Source of the DNA: Rhynchobatus australiae
Lineage: Eukaryota
Direction of reading: 5' to 3'
NCBI GenBank assembly: GCA_034780895.1
Contig: JAUZTB010000066.1
Span: 22,878,963 to 22,942,962, forward strand
DNA: 64,000 bases
Shown: piece by piece, positions 14,364 to 27,231 of the stretch
How positions within the stretch are numbered: the first letter of the stretch is position 1
How the letters are laid out: every line of letters begins with the position of its first letter
The notes under the pieces: model-generated
The model's database searches: none
What the model was told of the DNA's origin: nothing
Seen by the model: the letters and a program-made list of their open reading frames with translations, nothing else
Translations under genes and position numbers: made by a program

Positions 14364-14449
14364 TAAGATAAGAGACAAGATAAGATATCTTTATTAGTCA
14401 CATGTACATCGAAACACACAGCGAAATGCATGTTTTGCATAGTGTTCTG
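14364..14449 (-). mobile_element. 5'-truncated young SINE (3' tail only)
   Basis: gataagatatctttattagtcacatgtacatcgaaacacacagcgaaatgcat is nearly identical to the tails at 14760, 23224 and 26117. Confidence 0.85.
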
Positions 14450-14759
14450 AATATGTGATTTGAAGCTTATCTTGGTGCCTGGCAAGACTTCAATGTGGTG
14501 AATGGTCTGTTAAATCATCAGACAAATGCCACCTAGCAAGAAATGGAGGCGATGGCTTGGGAACACCGTTTGTGCTGCATGCCAACAACATTGGCTTTTT
14601 GTCTTCCCAGTATTTTGTTGGACAAAAATTTCTGCTCATCCATTACTGAATGCTGGATAAGCTGTGTCGCAAATTGGAGATAATGGTGGTAGTCAAGATA
14701 GCTGGTGGTGAGAGAGCTGCGTATTGTCAGCATGCATGTGGAAATTCACTTTGTGTTCA

Positions 14760-15050
14760 TAAGATAGGATAAGATATCTTTTTATTAGTCAATGTATATC
14801 GAAATACACGCTGAAATGCATCTTTTGCGTAGCGTGTTCTGGGGGCCGCCCTCAAGTGTCGCCACGCTTCCGGCGCCAACATAGCATGCCCACAACTTCC
14901 TAACCCATATGTCTTTGGAATGTGGGAGGAAACTGGAGCAGCCAGAGGAAACCCACACAGACACGGGGAGAACAAACAAATTCCGTACAGACAGTGGCGG
15001 GAATTGAACCCGGGTCGCTGGCGCTGTAATAGTGTCACGCTAACTGTTAC
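14760..15050 (-). mobile_element. Young tRNA-derived V-SINE/HE1-like SINE
   Basis: Reverse strand shows B-box GGTTCAATTCC, the V-domain core gtgtgggtttcctc...ctccagtttcctcccacattccaaagac and an (ATCTT)n tail. CpGs are retained. Confidence 0.9.
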
Positions 15051-15576
15051 AATGATGTTTGTAGGTAAGAAATGTAGGCAAGAAATTGAACAAACAGAAG
15101 TAGGGAGGATAGATCCTCAGAAAGCACCAGAGATTATGCAGCAGAATAAAATAAGAATGGGACAAGTTAGGGAAGTCCTATCCCACTGGAAGAGGAGAGG
15201 TGTTGGCTGAGTAAGATGTGGACAACCGTCTCAAATGCAGGTTGAGTTCACTTTCATTGTCTCTGTCTGATAAGAACAATGATCAAACTTGGTGGGTTAG
15301 TGGGGGGGGGGGGGGCGGGGTGCGGGATGAAGAAATCAAGATTGAATTTCCAGTATGCAAGTAGGCTATCAGTTGTAGGGGACTGTACACATTCCAGCTC
15401 GTTTCCTGAGACATACCTCTCCTTTCAGCCTTAACTGCAATACAGGGCATTGCAAGAATATTTTAAGGTTTTGACTATGCCCAAATACAGGCAGATATTC
15501 AAGTTAGTAACAATAGAAATTTTAATGTTGTTGAGTTAATGAGAGCCATTATTTTTGTTTCTTAAGATTCACCCTT

Positions 15577-15975
15577 GATTCAGATTCAGATTAATTCATT
15601 GTTTTCGACACCAGGGTGCAATGAAGTTCCTTGCTCGCGTGAAGCTCACAGAGTAAACAGAATACATAGTAAAAAATAAATACAGTGACAAGTGCAATGC
15701 AACAGAATGGTGCAAAGACTGCAATATAATCTGAAGTAGTGAAAAAAGAAATGCTAAAGTGACAATAACAGAATAATCAAGAGAGGAAGAATTAAGAGTC
15801 TGAGAACATGGCAGCACCACAGGGAAGGGGTTGTGAAAGAGGTGATTTGAGTCAGAAGTTAGCGGTGGAGAAGAAGGTGTTCTTAAGTCTGGTCGTCCGG
15901 ACTTTCAATCTCCTGTATCTGCTCCCAGAATGTAGAAGAGAGAGAAGGGAATGGCCGGGGTGGCCTCTTCCACCA
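15577..15975 (-). mobile_element. Rex1/Babar LINE 3' end
   Basis: ORF HPGHSLLSLLHSGSRYRRLKVRTTRLKNTFF; (gattca)n tail at 15577. Confidence 0.85.
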
Positions 15976-17519
15976 AAAATTCTAAACAAAAAAAATTGAA
16001 GTATTTCATCTTGTAATAGTGAAATTGCTTTGAGTTTCTGACACATCAAGAAGTATGTTGCATGCCTCTGACCTTCTGAATTTTGGTATTGTTATTTGCT
16101 GATTCATTTGTGTAGAAATCTGTATCTGCACTATACTACTGCATCTGTGTTTACCTTGTGTAGTAAGGATGAGTGAACAAGGCACGGTTCCAAATTTCTA
16201 CTCAATTCAGTTCAAATAACTCACATCCACTCGAGCTTAATTTAGATCAAAACCATTCAAATTCTTCAGGCATTTGCTGTGTCACACTCAACAGTCCAGG
16301 TAAAACTGGCTTGGTTCCCACAACTAACCTGCTTATCATAGTACTAGTTGAGAGAACAGAGGAATCTGCCAAATTTGAAACAGAATCCAGCCCAAGTACA
16401 TTGGGTTCACTCAAGGAAGCTTTGCCCTTTTGGCTCAGCTCCATGCTTAGCCTTGTGATAACTCACAATGCTCTTTGTGTTGTGAGGCAGCATAAGGACA
16501 GTTTATGCATGTTCTATTGGAATGCAAATGTGTCTGATGCACAAAGAGGACATCATTTGCACTTTGGCAAGACTACTGGACACTGTCAGGCAGGTTGCAC
16601 ACCCGTTTACCAAAATCAGCAAAACTCATGGGTTCGAAGAGGTGCCCAAGTTATGGTTATCCAAGGTCTCATGAAGCAACTGCTGGAAAAATAGCTAAAT
16701 CCATTTCAAGAAAGGCTGTTTTCCCCTGTTTGTTGAATAATGGTGTTCACAACTTGATGAAGACTGGGAAAATTCATTCACTCTTCACAGTGCTGCTAAG
16801 GTTAATTTCAAGGTAATTTATGAATTTGACCATAGTACATGGTAAAGGGTACATAATAAATTTCTGTGGATGATAACAATGGGTGGCTTCCACAATGGAC
16901 AATCAGTCTGTGACATAAGTTTCACAGTTGGTAATAAGTTTATAATCTGCTCCTATATCAACCATTATATAATTTGAGCCTTTATTTACAAAGGGCACTT
17001 GGGTTGGGGGATGGAGGGAAATAATTTTTGTGCAGCTGGCTAAATTTATATCAAATCATTGTGGAGCACGTAATGACTATCCGTTAAACCATTCACTGTC
17101 TTGTGATGGGTATGTTTACATAGAATATACATTACAGGATTTGGCCATTCAGCCCAACTAATCCAGACTTGCAGTTATTTTCTACTTGAGCCTGGCTAAA
17201 TTTAGATAGTCATTCTGAATCAATCTGAGGACGACTAACATCCATACCATTCAAAAGACTTGGACCAGAAATACATGTAACAGTACCTACTCATGGCCAA
17301 GTAGTTAGGACTTGGTGTAACCACATAATCTTACAAATGGCTCATGTAAACCATAAACTGCATCAGCCACCCCAAACCTGAAAGAGCTGTCTCCCATTGA
17401 GTGCATTGCTTTAGAGATCAAGTCATGGGTGTTGTTTATGGAATAGTGGAATTTTAAAGATTTCCAACTGTAACTGAAATGGTTTCTTTGAAACAGCTAC
17501 CACTTTCTCTTATACCCCT

Positions 17520-17765
17520 GCTCTTTGTCAAAACCATTACTTACCTTCCCAATTCCCCTTTGAACTCTACCTGAGAATGTGTTTCCACCACCCTAGAAGG
17601 CAGGATATTCCAGACCATAACAATTAATTGGGTGAAAATTCTTCTCATCTCAGCCCTCTTGTCTTTTTTTCCCAATTGATATCAATCTGTTTTCCATCAT
17701 TATCAACCCTCTTGCCAATAGGTACTGTTTCTCCCAATATCTTCCATTGAAATCCTTCATAATAC
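17520..17765 (-). mobile_element. Highly decayed CR1 3' fragment
   Basis: tttccaccaccct...gcaggatattccagaccataacaa...ggtgaaaattcttctcatctc is the reverse of a CR1 3' region. Confidence 0.5.
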
Positions 17766-18779
17766 AAAATAAATGAAATTTTAAATGTGTAAGATAATAG
17801 ACTTGCTTTGTGTCTTATTTCTTCATGGCTATTTAACTATTATTCTTACTAATGTGCGTACTGTTCTATGCATCAAATGATCATCTCTTGTGATTGCTGC
17901 CAAAGCTATCATGAGCAACGCTACACCTTTTCTGTAGCTTTTTGTTGCTGTTGCAGATCTTTGCAAATCTCTAACTTGACTGTCCTGTTCTGCAGTATTG
18001 TTCATTCGCTTCCTAATGATGTGCAGGTTGCCACCAACACAAGCATTCCCACAACTACCCACTTCACACTAGATTCACACTTTAAGTGAGGTGATAATGA
18101 ACTCAAAAGAAGAACTGTGCCTTTTATCCCCTCTCTCTCCCTCTCCAGCTCCACTTCACACCCAGTGCTGAAGGGGGTGAGGGTTGAGATCGGGGGATTG
18201 TGTTTCCACAGAATAAACACAACTTTACACCTGTGACTTGGCAACAGGAGCTGCGGGCACAACACTTTAGATTCCTAGGTAGGTGTGATTCACACTGGAT
18301 CAATTTGTCATCATACTAAATGAAAACTAATTACTTCCTTGGGAAAAATTTCTTTAGAATTATACCTAGTTGTTGGCAGTCTCTGCTGAGACAATGCAGC
18401 AGAACCTGATGTGGATTGGGAGGCTAAAGCAAGATTGGTTGTGGAAATAAACTCTTCGCATTTAAACCTCTGAATGGTGATAATTTAATCTGAATCGCCT
18501 TTCATTTGAAACATGTAGTTCCTGAGAGATCTGTAATATAAATAAGTGACATCAATTTTATTTTCTAATGTAAGATCTAATCTTGCAGATCAAAACTTAA
18601 TTTTTCTTTATTGTAATAAAAATAATGTACTAAAATAGATAAGGTAAGATACATAAGAGCAACATTCTTTCTACACAGAGTGGCTTCAATAGTCAACACA
18701 CAAATTATTATTTTATGGCTATCTATTTTTGCAGGTGGTTATTCCAACAACGTAGTCCCAATCTCTGCATACCAAGCCA

Positions 18780-19212
18780 CTGTATTATTTTCCCTTTTCT
18801 CTATTTCCTCTTCCACCCATTTCACAGAGGTCCAGGTTGAACAAAGCCTTGATTTTTCAGCTTGTCATCCTTCTGTTCAAATCCTCCATGACTGTGCTCT
18901 CCTTTCCCTTCTAAACTCATCCACAACCATCCAAGATCTCTACTTTGAATCAGTTTTGGCCTCATGTCATCCATAGTATTCATCTGGCTGCTGTTGGTGC
19001 CCATGCCTTTGGTTGTCTTAAAATTCTTTAACTCCCTGCCTAAGTCACTTTACCCCGCCCCTTCCCTTCTTTGTTTCTCATTAAAACCAATTTTATCCCC
19101 AAGCTTTTGGTCACTATTTCATTTTGTGGCAGCCTCAAATTTTGTCAAATGATGCTCCTGTGAAGCACCTCAGGGTAATTTACTTATTTAAAGATAATAT
19201 ATAAATAGAAGT
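18780..19212 (+). mobile_element. Decayed L2 LINE 3' end
   Basis: caaatcctccatgac...aactccctgcctaa...ccaagcttttggtcac...gctcctgtgaagcacct...tatataaatagaagtt. Confidence 0.6.
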
Positions 19213-20061
19213 TTATAGCTGGTGAACATTGATATCACCTTCCCCAATTCTTCCATTTGTGAATTAAAGTGGGGTTAAGTTGGCCCAGACATTAATGCAA
19301 TGAGCATATCTTGCTGGATGGAGATGACAGCTCTGATAGGAACTACCAACTCTCAAAATGTTAGTAAGTTTCAGACTTTTCCACCTACACCATGGAACTC
19401 AAGAGTCTGAAACTTACTAAAAGGCAGATGGTGGCAGGTTGTCATTCTGCTACATTGCTGAACTACATCTGAAAGCCAGTGATGGAGCCCAATCTTGTTG
19501 GGGAATCGGCTGTCTGAACGTGCATCAGGTCAGACCTTGTGTAGGATCAGGAACCCCATTTATTTCATGGGGTGTTCTAAGCCTGCAGATTTCAAAGCAC
19601 TTACTGTTAATTATCTTACTTCAGTTTAATGTTTTTAAATATTTCTGTGATTTACTGCTTTTAATTACTTTAACAAAACTAAAATCTTTTTAATTTTGTA
19701 CATTTAATGATTTTATAAATGACTCTAAATGTCATAAATACACTCTCACCTTTGACACAAGGCAAAGCTCCTCCCCCCCAGCTTTCTCTTTCCCTCAAAG
19801 CCCATCTCAGGAATTCCAAGCTTTGAGGCCCAGTGGCTGCTGAGTCCTCATCACCTGAGTCGAGTGTGCAGAGGGTCATTGAGTTTGGCCCCGCGTGTCC
19901 AGCCAGTGGATTAGAAGTCCGCTCTTCCAAAGGAGACATCAGATCACAAAGGCAGTGCCTAATATTTGAATTGTGGGATTGCTCTAATACAATCGGTGAA
20001 ATGTCAGATGCTCATCAGATTTCTAAAACCCTTCTGTTTGGGAAGCATCAGAAATAAAAAG

Positions 20062-20290
20062 CTGTACAGTTATAATTGCAGTTTTCACAATCTCAGATCA
20101 TCTTAAAGCAGGTTAAGGCCAATGGTTTTGAAGTGTGGTCCGTGTTGGAATAATGGACATGCATTTGCCAATTTGTGCAGCAAAGCTCTGCAAACAGCAA
20201 TGAGATATTTTGCTTTTTGTTCGTGCTGAAGGAATAAGGATTGGCCAGACTCTTGGGGACCTTCCCTACTCCTCTTTGAGAGATTTTCAG
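20062..20290 (-). mobile_element. Decayed SacSINE/Deu SINE fragment
   Basis: gccaatttgtgcagcaaagctctgcaaacagcaatgagat...gaaggaataaggattggccagac is the reverse of the SacSINE core. Confidence 0.55.
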
Positions 20291-22079
20291 AGATGCAGGT
20301 TATGAGGTATTGGTGGTGAGCAGAATCTTCACATCAGCAGTAGTTCAAACAGCAAGGTCTTTAAACTATTCCATTGTGTCATGACCAGATTTCACTTATT
20401 CTGTGATTTCTATTGAAGTGAACATATCCACCAGCAAAGCTGTTGCAAAAACGTTTACATTGTTGAAAAACATTGAGCAGATTAAGTTTTCAAAATCCAG
20501 AAAGCAGTCAGGGCTAATATAACTTTTATATTCAAGCACATGAAAAGAGTTTCATGGAAGTAATAAGTGGACATAATTTTGATAAATTTCTTATCAGTTG
20601 TNNNNNNNNNNNNNNNNNNNNNNNNNNNNNNNNNNNNNNNNNNNNNNNNNNNNNNNNNNNNNNNNNNNNNNNNNNNNNNNNNNNNNNNNNNNNNNNNNNN
20701 NAATTTTGAGAAATTTCTTATCAGTTGTTCAGGAGCGATCTCCCCTTTCAAGAGAGCCATTCTCCTTAGGTTGAAGAAATGGAGCTGGCTAATCTGGGTA
20801 ACAATAAAGCCTGCTGTTTACAATAAAGCCTACTGTTTACAAAACTCTGCTGGTTTACTGTAGCTAAATTGGTTTTAAGTGCTTGATGTAAAAAGTTGGC
20901 TCTTGATTCTGAATCCTTTCACGAAATCCATTGTCTCTTTAGTGTTTGCCATTTCATTATCCAGGAAGTGGTACTTCAGTGAAGGAAGAGTAAGGGCCTA
21001 TCTGTCTGTCAGATAACCTGATAACATGCTGTAGGGGGCTTTCAAAGTCTTGCTTTTCACAGTAAAGGCATTAACCCACTGATAACAATCTTGTCTAAGT
21101 GTGGCTGATACCCACATCAGCTTCAAGTGATGGGTGATGTTATCATTGCCTCAAGTCCTATTTGTGTTTTCTTTTTATTTTAAAAGTCACCATTTGCTTA
21201 TTTACTGTTCTGCCATTGTAATAGCATCTGAAAAAAATCGCACCTCCTGGTCCATCCCTTAATCTTCTGAACCATAGTCTATTTTGACTTTTCAGCTGAG
21301 ATGTGTGGTTATATTTTCCACTTTCATTTAATATGTACAAACAAACAACAGTGAAAACTGGTCCTAACTTTTTACTAGTGTCATTTGATTAAATGTATCT
21401 AATTCAAGATAAAAACAAATTACAAAAGCACTGTCATCTGAGACAGAGCTCTTTCCTCAGCGTGCTGTTTGTATTTGCATCAGTTGCCAGTGGGAGATGA
21501 AAATATTCCTATTTGAAGATGGCACTATTTTAAATTTTCCTGGTTGCCATCTTTGAGACTAAAAGCCCTGTTTGTTTGCAACAGAAATATTCTGCTGACA
21601 ATCAAGAAACAGTTAACACTGGGTCAGAAGGTGGTGAGATGTTAACTGAACTAAAAGCAATAGCTTTGTATGGTTTACTCTCTCTCTGTCATACTGCAAT
21701 TCAGCTGTAAGTTGATGATGAAAGCTAACCTGTGATTGTAAAGTGAGCAGTTATCTCTGTGTTCATTAAGGCAAATCTAATCATTTAAAAGTGATGCCTT
21801 GTGTTAGTGAAAAGACTAAGGCTTCAAGTTGAATACAGGAACTGTCTATTTTTTTACAACACTATAGGCAACCAAAGTGGAAATGATAGGGTGAGTTCAT
21901 TGTCAATCACACTTGGTGAGCACACAGTGTAAGTGACTGAGATTGATTTTAGGTGCAGAATTTTTTTGTAGTTATTCTCCAATGTGCATTTTTCTGGAGA
22001 AATTGTTCACATTCTGCTGGGATAAGTTGTAGCTCATTTCCTCTACTCTTTAAAAAGATTACTGAACAAGACATGATTG

Positions 22080-22225
22080 AATGACAAAACGTGGCAGATG
22101 CTGGAAAACTGAAATAAAACACAAAGGAGGAGATACTCAACTGGTGAGGCAGCATCTGTGGAGAGAGAGAAGAGATAACTAATGTTGCATCTGTTTATTT
22201 CTGTTTCCTGGCTCACTGAATATTT
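22080..22225. mobile_element. Penelope-terminus-derived short repeat
   Basis: gcagatgctggaaaactgaaataaaacacaaag...actcaactggtgaggcagcatctgtggagaga; the same motif occurs at about 10600, 29930, 32050, 39400, 50200 and 52030. Confidence 0.6.
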
Positions 22226-22569
22226 TTATGGATTTTTTTTGTTGACTGATCAAATTGACTTTACTGAATAGTGGACTGTTTGCTTTGAATTGTATGCTCT
22301 TCCTCACCTTCCAGTTCATTGGTTTTTTGGTTCTGGTAATGAATATGCTTGCCTAGAAATTAAATTTCATCCCCTAAAGAACATTGCAAAATTGGCAAAT
22401 AAAATAAGTTAGAAACAACAGTAGGGTGTTTTTCAGCCAGAACCATGCACTAAAAAGGGATCTGCACAGTTTCTGACAGGATTGTATTCTGTTGCCAAAC
22501 TGAGAAGGGTATGTTCCCAATTGCAGACAGGCAGTAGCAATACAACTTATGATGCAGTGGAGGAGAGAA

Positions 22570-22810
22570 TATGGAAGAGAAGCTGCAGGAGAGTGGGTGC
22601 AAATCCCTAAACTTGGTGAAAGGTACTGGTCATTCACATCAATTAAGTAAATGGCAGGGGAGAGGTCCTTTACACCACAGGTAAAAGGAGACCTACTCGG
22701 GCCAGCAGAGCTAGTATCTGGAAGGAATTGACTCCAGCTGTCTTCTCCAGGTGTGAGAATCCCCACTTTCTCATGCTATGCTAAAGTAACTTGAATGTTG
22801 CAGGGTGAGC
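22570..22810 (+). pseudogene. Harbinger Myb/SANT-like DNA-binding ORF remnant
   Basis: Manual translation from 22647 gives VNGRGEVLYTTGKRRPTRASRASIWKELTPAVFSRCENPHFLMLC*SNLNV, which fits the Myb/SANT pattern EV..R..VLY....RRP......W.E....V.......R...QC.KKFNDL. It ends at a gtgagc donor. Confidence 0.6.
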
Positions 22811-23039
22811 TGCACACATCTAAAACTGCTTATAGGAAGTCATTTCAGATTGGGTTTCATTGATGTGTCCTGATCAAAGGAGGGTGTGAGGGGCCCTCTT
22901 GGCTGATTACTGGTGAACTATCTTGTATTAATGGTTGGAGTGTGGAGAAGGTCACTTTGTCTACATTGGGGACTATGATTTATTACGTTGCTTTTGAAAA
23001 GGTTCTATCTTGGAAACCCTTTTTACCTGTGTAGTCATT

Positions 23040-24346
23040 GCCTCTCCTCCATTCTGCTGGTAGATGCCACGGATAGTGTTCTGCTAGGATTTTCCTCTGA
23101 TGCCCTTCTTCTTCTCCAGTAGCCTAGCTCTTTGTCCTCCAGCTTCTCTTGCTCTCCTGGTCTTCAGCTGGGGTGTTTGGTCCTTCAAGCATCAGGCCCA
23201 TATGATCCCCTTCATCTTTGCCAGATAAGATAAGATATCTTTATGAGTCACATGTACATCGAAACACACAGTGAAAGGCACCTTTGCATAGTGTTCTGGG
23301 GGCAGCCCGCAAGTGTCGCCATGCTTCTAGTGCCAATGTAGCATGCCCACAACTTCCTAACCCGTAAGTCTTTGGAACGTGAGAGGAAACCAGAGCACGC
23401 AGAGGAAACCCACACAGACATGGGGAGAACGTACAAGCTCCTTATAGACAGCGGCCGGAATTGAACCCAGGTCACTGGTTCTGTAACAACATCATGCCAA
23501 CCACTACACTACCGAGTCTGCCATTGTGTTGTCTTCAAATTACTAAAGCACGCAGCAAACAACTGTGAAGTCTCCTCATCCGTGTATACAGCAGGGCCCA
23601 TTGGACTAAGGTAGGCACAGGAACCTCATTCTCAGAAGAGCAGTGGCAATTGCCACAGTGATTCTGGTGCTTGTGTGGCCCTCATTGCAACAACACCTAA
23701 CAGCTATGGGAGGACAATGAATTGCAGGGAGGAGACTGGGAAGTAGGAATCATCCATCAGAGCAGTGCTGGCCATCCAAAATCTCCAACAACTTGGTCTC
23801 CCCAAGCACAAATGCATTGTGTGTTTCCTGGAACAATATTCCACCATCAGGAAGACCATCACATGATCCAATCTTTCCTCATAACGTCAACTTTGTTCCA
23901 GCGGTACTAAATTGAATAGATATCATCAGACCCTCAACCTCAACAAGAAAATTCAGAAATAACAAAGGGCCGTGACATTTTGTTTCTACATTTCTGATTT
24001 CAGGACTGGGTAATTGATAAGCTTTGGATAGAGCCCAGTGATGTGGGGGGGATGGGGGAGAACCTAATTTGATGATATACCACTTTGTATTCCTGAATTC
24101 ATGTTCTTCACTTCAAGTATAGATCTCCAGGACATTTCCTAAGTAAACTGCATTCCTGCCCTAAAAGCTGAACCATCCTAAGGAAAAATATGCACTGCTC
24201 TGATGGAAAAAAATAAACTTAAGAAGCTGGCATAAAAGTAGACGGGCAAATCCAATACAGTTTGTAGCATGCTGGCACAGGTAGAGGTGGTGAGGTTTGA
24301 AGAAAGATGATGGAATCAGATTTGCTGAGGCCCCCATACACATCAT
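23040..24346 (-). pseudogene. Harbinger (HARBI1-like DDE) transposase remnant
   Basis: Reverse translation gives, in the expected order, PGNT/HNAFVL (PGS.HD), VVGDFGWPALL*WMIP (LLGDxGYPL..WLMTP) and NEGHTSTRITVAIATALLRMRFLCLP*SNGP/LLYT (N.AH..TR..IE...G.LK.RFRCL..SGG.LQY). Stops and frameshifts are present. Confidence 0.7.
23224..23522 (-). mobile_element. Young V-SINE/HE1-like SINE inserted in the Harbinger transposase
   Basis: Colinear with the copies at 14760 and 26117; gataagataagatatc tail; B-box on the reverse strand. Confidence 0.9.
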
Positions 24347-25699
24347 GCTCTCGAAATAGACATTGAAAGATAAAATCAGATGGGGAAAGCTTTATTAATG
24401 AATATCGAACTAATTAGAATTAGCGAGTTAGTCACTGCATGTTAGATAACTGTTTCACATTCACTCTCGGGATGATTTAAAAATAGATAGATTTAAAATG
24501 AATTTGGCACCTTTGATGGCTTAATCAGTTCACCAGTGTAACCGTGGGCTACAAGTTAAGGCATTTGCACATTAATTGATTGGAATTGCACTTATATGCT
24601 AGAAGGCAATTGCTAATTGCAGCAGGTAAATGTCCCAGATCGAAGAGAGATATAATAAATAATTATGAAGTTCTGAAAAGATGGCAAGAAATGAGCAGCA
24701 ATTTAAGCTGGGAATTAGCAATTGATAAAACCACCTACTGAGGCCATCTCTGTTGCTTTAAATTGCCTTTAAAATTCTTAATTTCCCAAAGCAAATAGCT
24801 TCTGCACTGAAGGATGATGGCAAGGATTAGACATGCATCCAGTTGACATTTGCTGTGGGTGTCTTTTCAGAATGAAATTGCCGACCTTTGAGCTGCCAAG
24901 AATGAGGAGGTGTTACGATCTTAAAAATGACTGCATCTCAGCACTATTCAACGTTGAAAGACAGGCTAGCTAACATTTTCGCCAACATTTGTCTTCCAAA
25001 TTGTATAATGTAAAATATTTATAAAACACGTGGAAGTGAATTTAAAAGACATATTAAAGTCACTGCTTAAATTATTCATATTTATGTAAATTCAGAAACA
25101 TGGAGATGAAGACAAGTGGGAGATTGTTGATGTTTCTGGAATTTCTCTGGTGGGATGCAGGGGTTGTACTGTGAACCCTATTTGTGCACTTCCCTTTACA
25201 GATTCAGATTTCTTTTATAGGTTCAATGCTGAGTGGGACTTGATGGTGAACAATGAACAATAGTTTAGACTTTTCGAATTATCTTGGTTTGGTCTTGGTG
25301 TTTGCTGGGAGTGCAAAGCAGAATACCTGGACTTGCAGGTATCCAGGTACCTAACAATAGCAGGGGAAGTGTCAGGTGTTGTGTATTAAGCAGCTTTACA
25401 GATACAAGCACCAGTCTCTAGCCAGTGAACAGTACTGTTTGACAATTTTGAATCAATTTTTTTATATACAGAAGCTGTTCTATTTTGTAAGTTTTTTGCT
25501 TTCCTACAGTAATATTTCGTATGTAATGTGTTGATTTTTTGAAGGAAGTGGAACATTTTGCAGGGTGGTATTTAAAATGTTACACTACACTCAGCTTATC
25601 CTGAATTTATTTACAAACATCATTGCTTGATCTTTTAAAAATTTAACAATTGTCATGAATGATGCTCTTCAGCCCTTGTGTCTCTGCTTGTTGATAAAG

Positions 25700-26760
25700 A
25701 GTTACCCAGCCTACCCTCAAATTCCAGCATCAGGTGCTTAATGCTGCAGGTCATAGTTCTTCAAGAGGACATCCAGGTCCTTTTAACTGAGAGGAGGATT
25801 TCTGCCTCTACCACCCTTTCAGGCAGTGAGTTCCAGACCCCTACGACCCTCTGGGTGACAAATCCCTTCCAATCTATCTACCTTACATTAGATCTGTTCC
25901 TCCAGTTTTTTGACCCTTCTACTGACAGAGATGTCCTTCCTGTTTCCTCTACTTAGATCCCTTATGATTTTATTCACCTTAATTTTCTGTCCTCTTAGCC
26001 TCTTTTGTTCCAAAGAAAACAGCCCTAGCTGATCCAATCTTTCATCATAGGTACAATTTGCCAGTCCAAACATCCTCATAAATTTTGTCTGCACCCTCTA
26101 ATGCAACCTCATTTTAAGATTAAGATTTCTTTCTTAGTCACATGTACATCAAAACACACAGTGAAATGCATCTTTGCCTAGAATGTTCTGGGGACAGCCC
26201 ACAAGTGTCGCCACGCTTCCAGCGTCAATGTAGCATGTCCACAACTTCCTAACCCGTACATCTTTGGAATGTGGGAGGAAACTGGAGTGCCCAGAGAAAA
26301 CCCACGCAGTCACAGGGAGAATGTGCAAACTCCTTACAGACAGTGGCCGGAACTGAACCCGGTTGCTACCACTATAATAGCTAACCGCTGCAATACAGTG
26401 CCCACTACTCAAGCTGTGATTTAGCCTGTGTTGTACACAGCTCTACATCTGTCCACTTAAATTCTGCTCCACAGCCAAGGAAGGAAAGTGGCCATATGTC
26501 TGTTAATTCACTCTAATGACTTGTCCTGCCATCTTTAAGGATCTACGAATGTACACACCAAGGTTCCCTTGTTCCTCTGCACCAATTGCTGTCTTCTCAT
26601 TTTCCATAAATTCCCTTGCTTTGTTGCATCTCTCCAATGCATTAGCTCACACTGCACTGGATTAAACCCATGTGCCACTTCTCTGTATTTAAATCTTCCT
26701 GTGATCGAAAGCTTTCCTTCTCATTGTCAACTACCCTGTCACTTTATGTGAATCATAAAT
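25700..26760 (-). mobile_element. CR1 LINE fragment interrupted by a SINE
   Basis: ORF TKFMRMFGLANCTYDERLDQLGLFSLEQKRLRGQKIKVNKIIR. CR1-like sequence resumes after about 26405. Confidence 0.75.
26117..26402 (-). mobile_element. Young V-SINE/HE1-like SINE
   Basis: Colinear with the copies at 14760 and 23224. Confidence 0.9.
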
Positions 26761-27231
26761 ATCAACTCATTTTACCTGAAAAAAGATGTCAATGACATAA
26801 TTGAATTTTTTTTATCCTGGGTAATTTTTACTCCGAGTAAAGGGAATGTTAATCTTTGGCTGACTGGGGAACCAGACAGTGACCACCCTTCACTCCTAGA
26901 AGACAAATTCGTGAACAGCTGAAAAGCCACATTGACTGAGGATATGTACAATCAGAAGTCATACATTTTTTGACAAACTTATATCACCATTTTGTGACAG
27001 ATTTGGACGTCCTTACTCTGGAGACTTCCTTTATGTAGTGATGCCATGAGGCCTTTGACCCTTTCAGATAGATCTTGTATACCTGATGCATTGTGAACTT
27101 TGAGATATTAATCATAACTTGCCTGGGTGTTTGTAATCTGAGACTGAATTCAGAGTTATGTGTTCATTTTGAGATCTTTCTATAATTTCTGTCTTAATTT
27201 ATTTAGTTTCAGCCATTGAAATGGCTGCTAG

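Larger units (their letters stand above)
13828..15400 (-). mobile_element. Old L2 LINE fragment interrupted by two SINE insertions
   Basis: caacaacaagaagaaaaatttacat tail, gagatcatggagggatttgaa and gagagctgcgtattgtcagcatgcatgtggaaa (reverse FHxYADD-like RT region). Similar purine-rich sequence resumes after 15050. Confidence 0.55.

Noticed and set aside
14960-15050. tRNA-like A/B boxes (also near 23460, 26360 and 46850)
   Set aside because: These are SINE heads followed by the SINE body; there is no full cloverleaf.
16173-16694. 173-aa ORF
   Set aside because: GTG start, no recognisable domain and no convincing splice sites.
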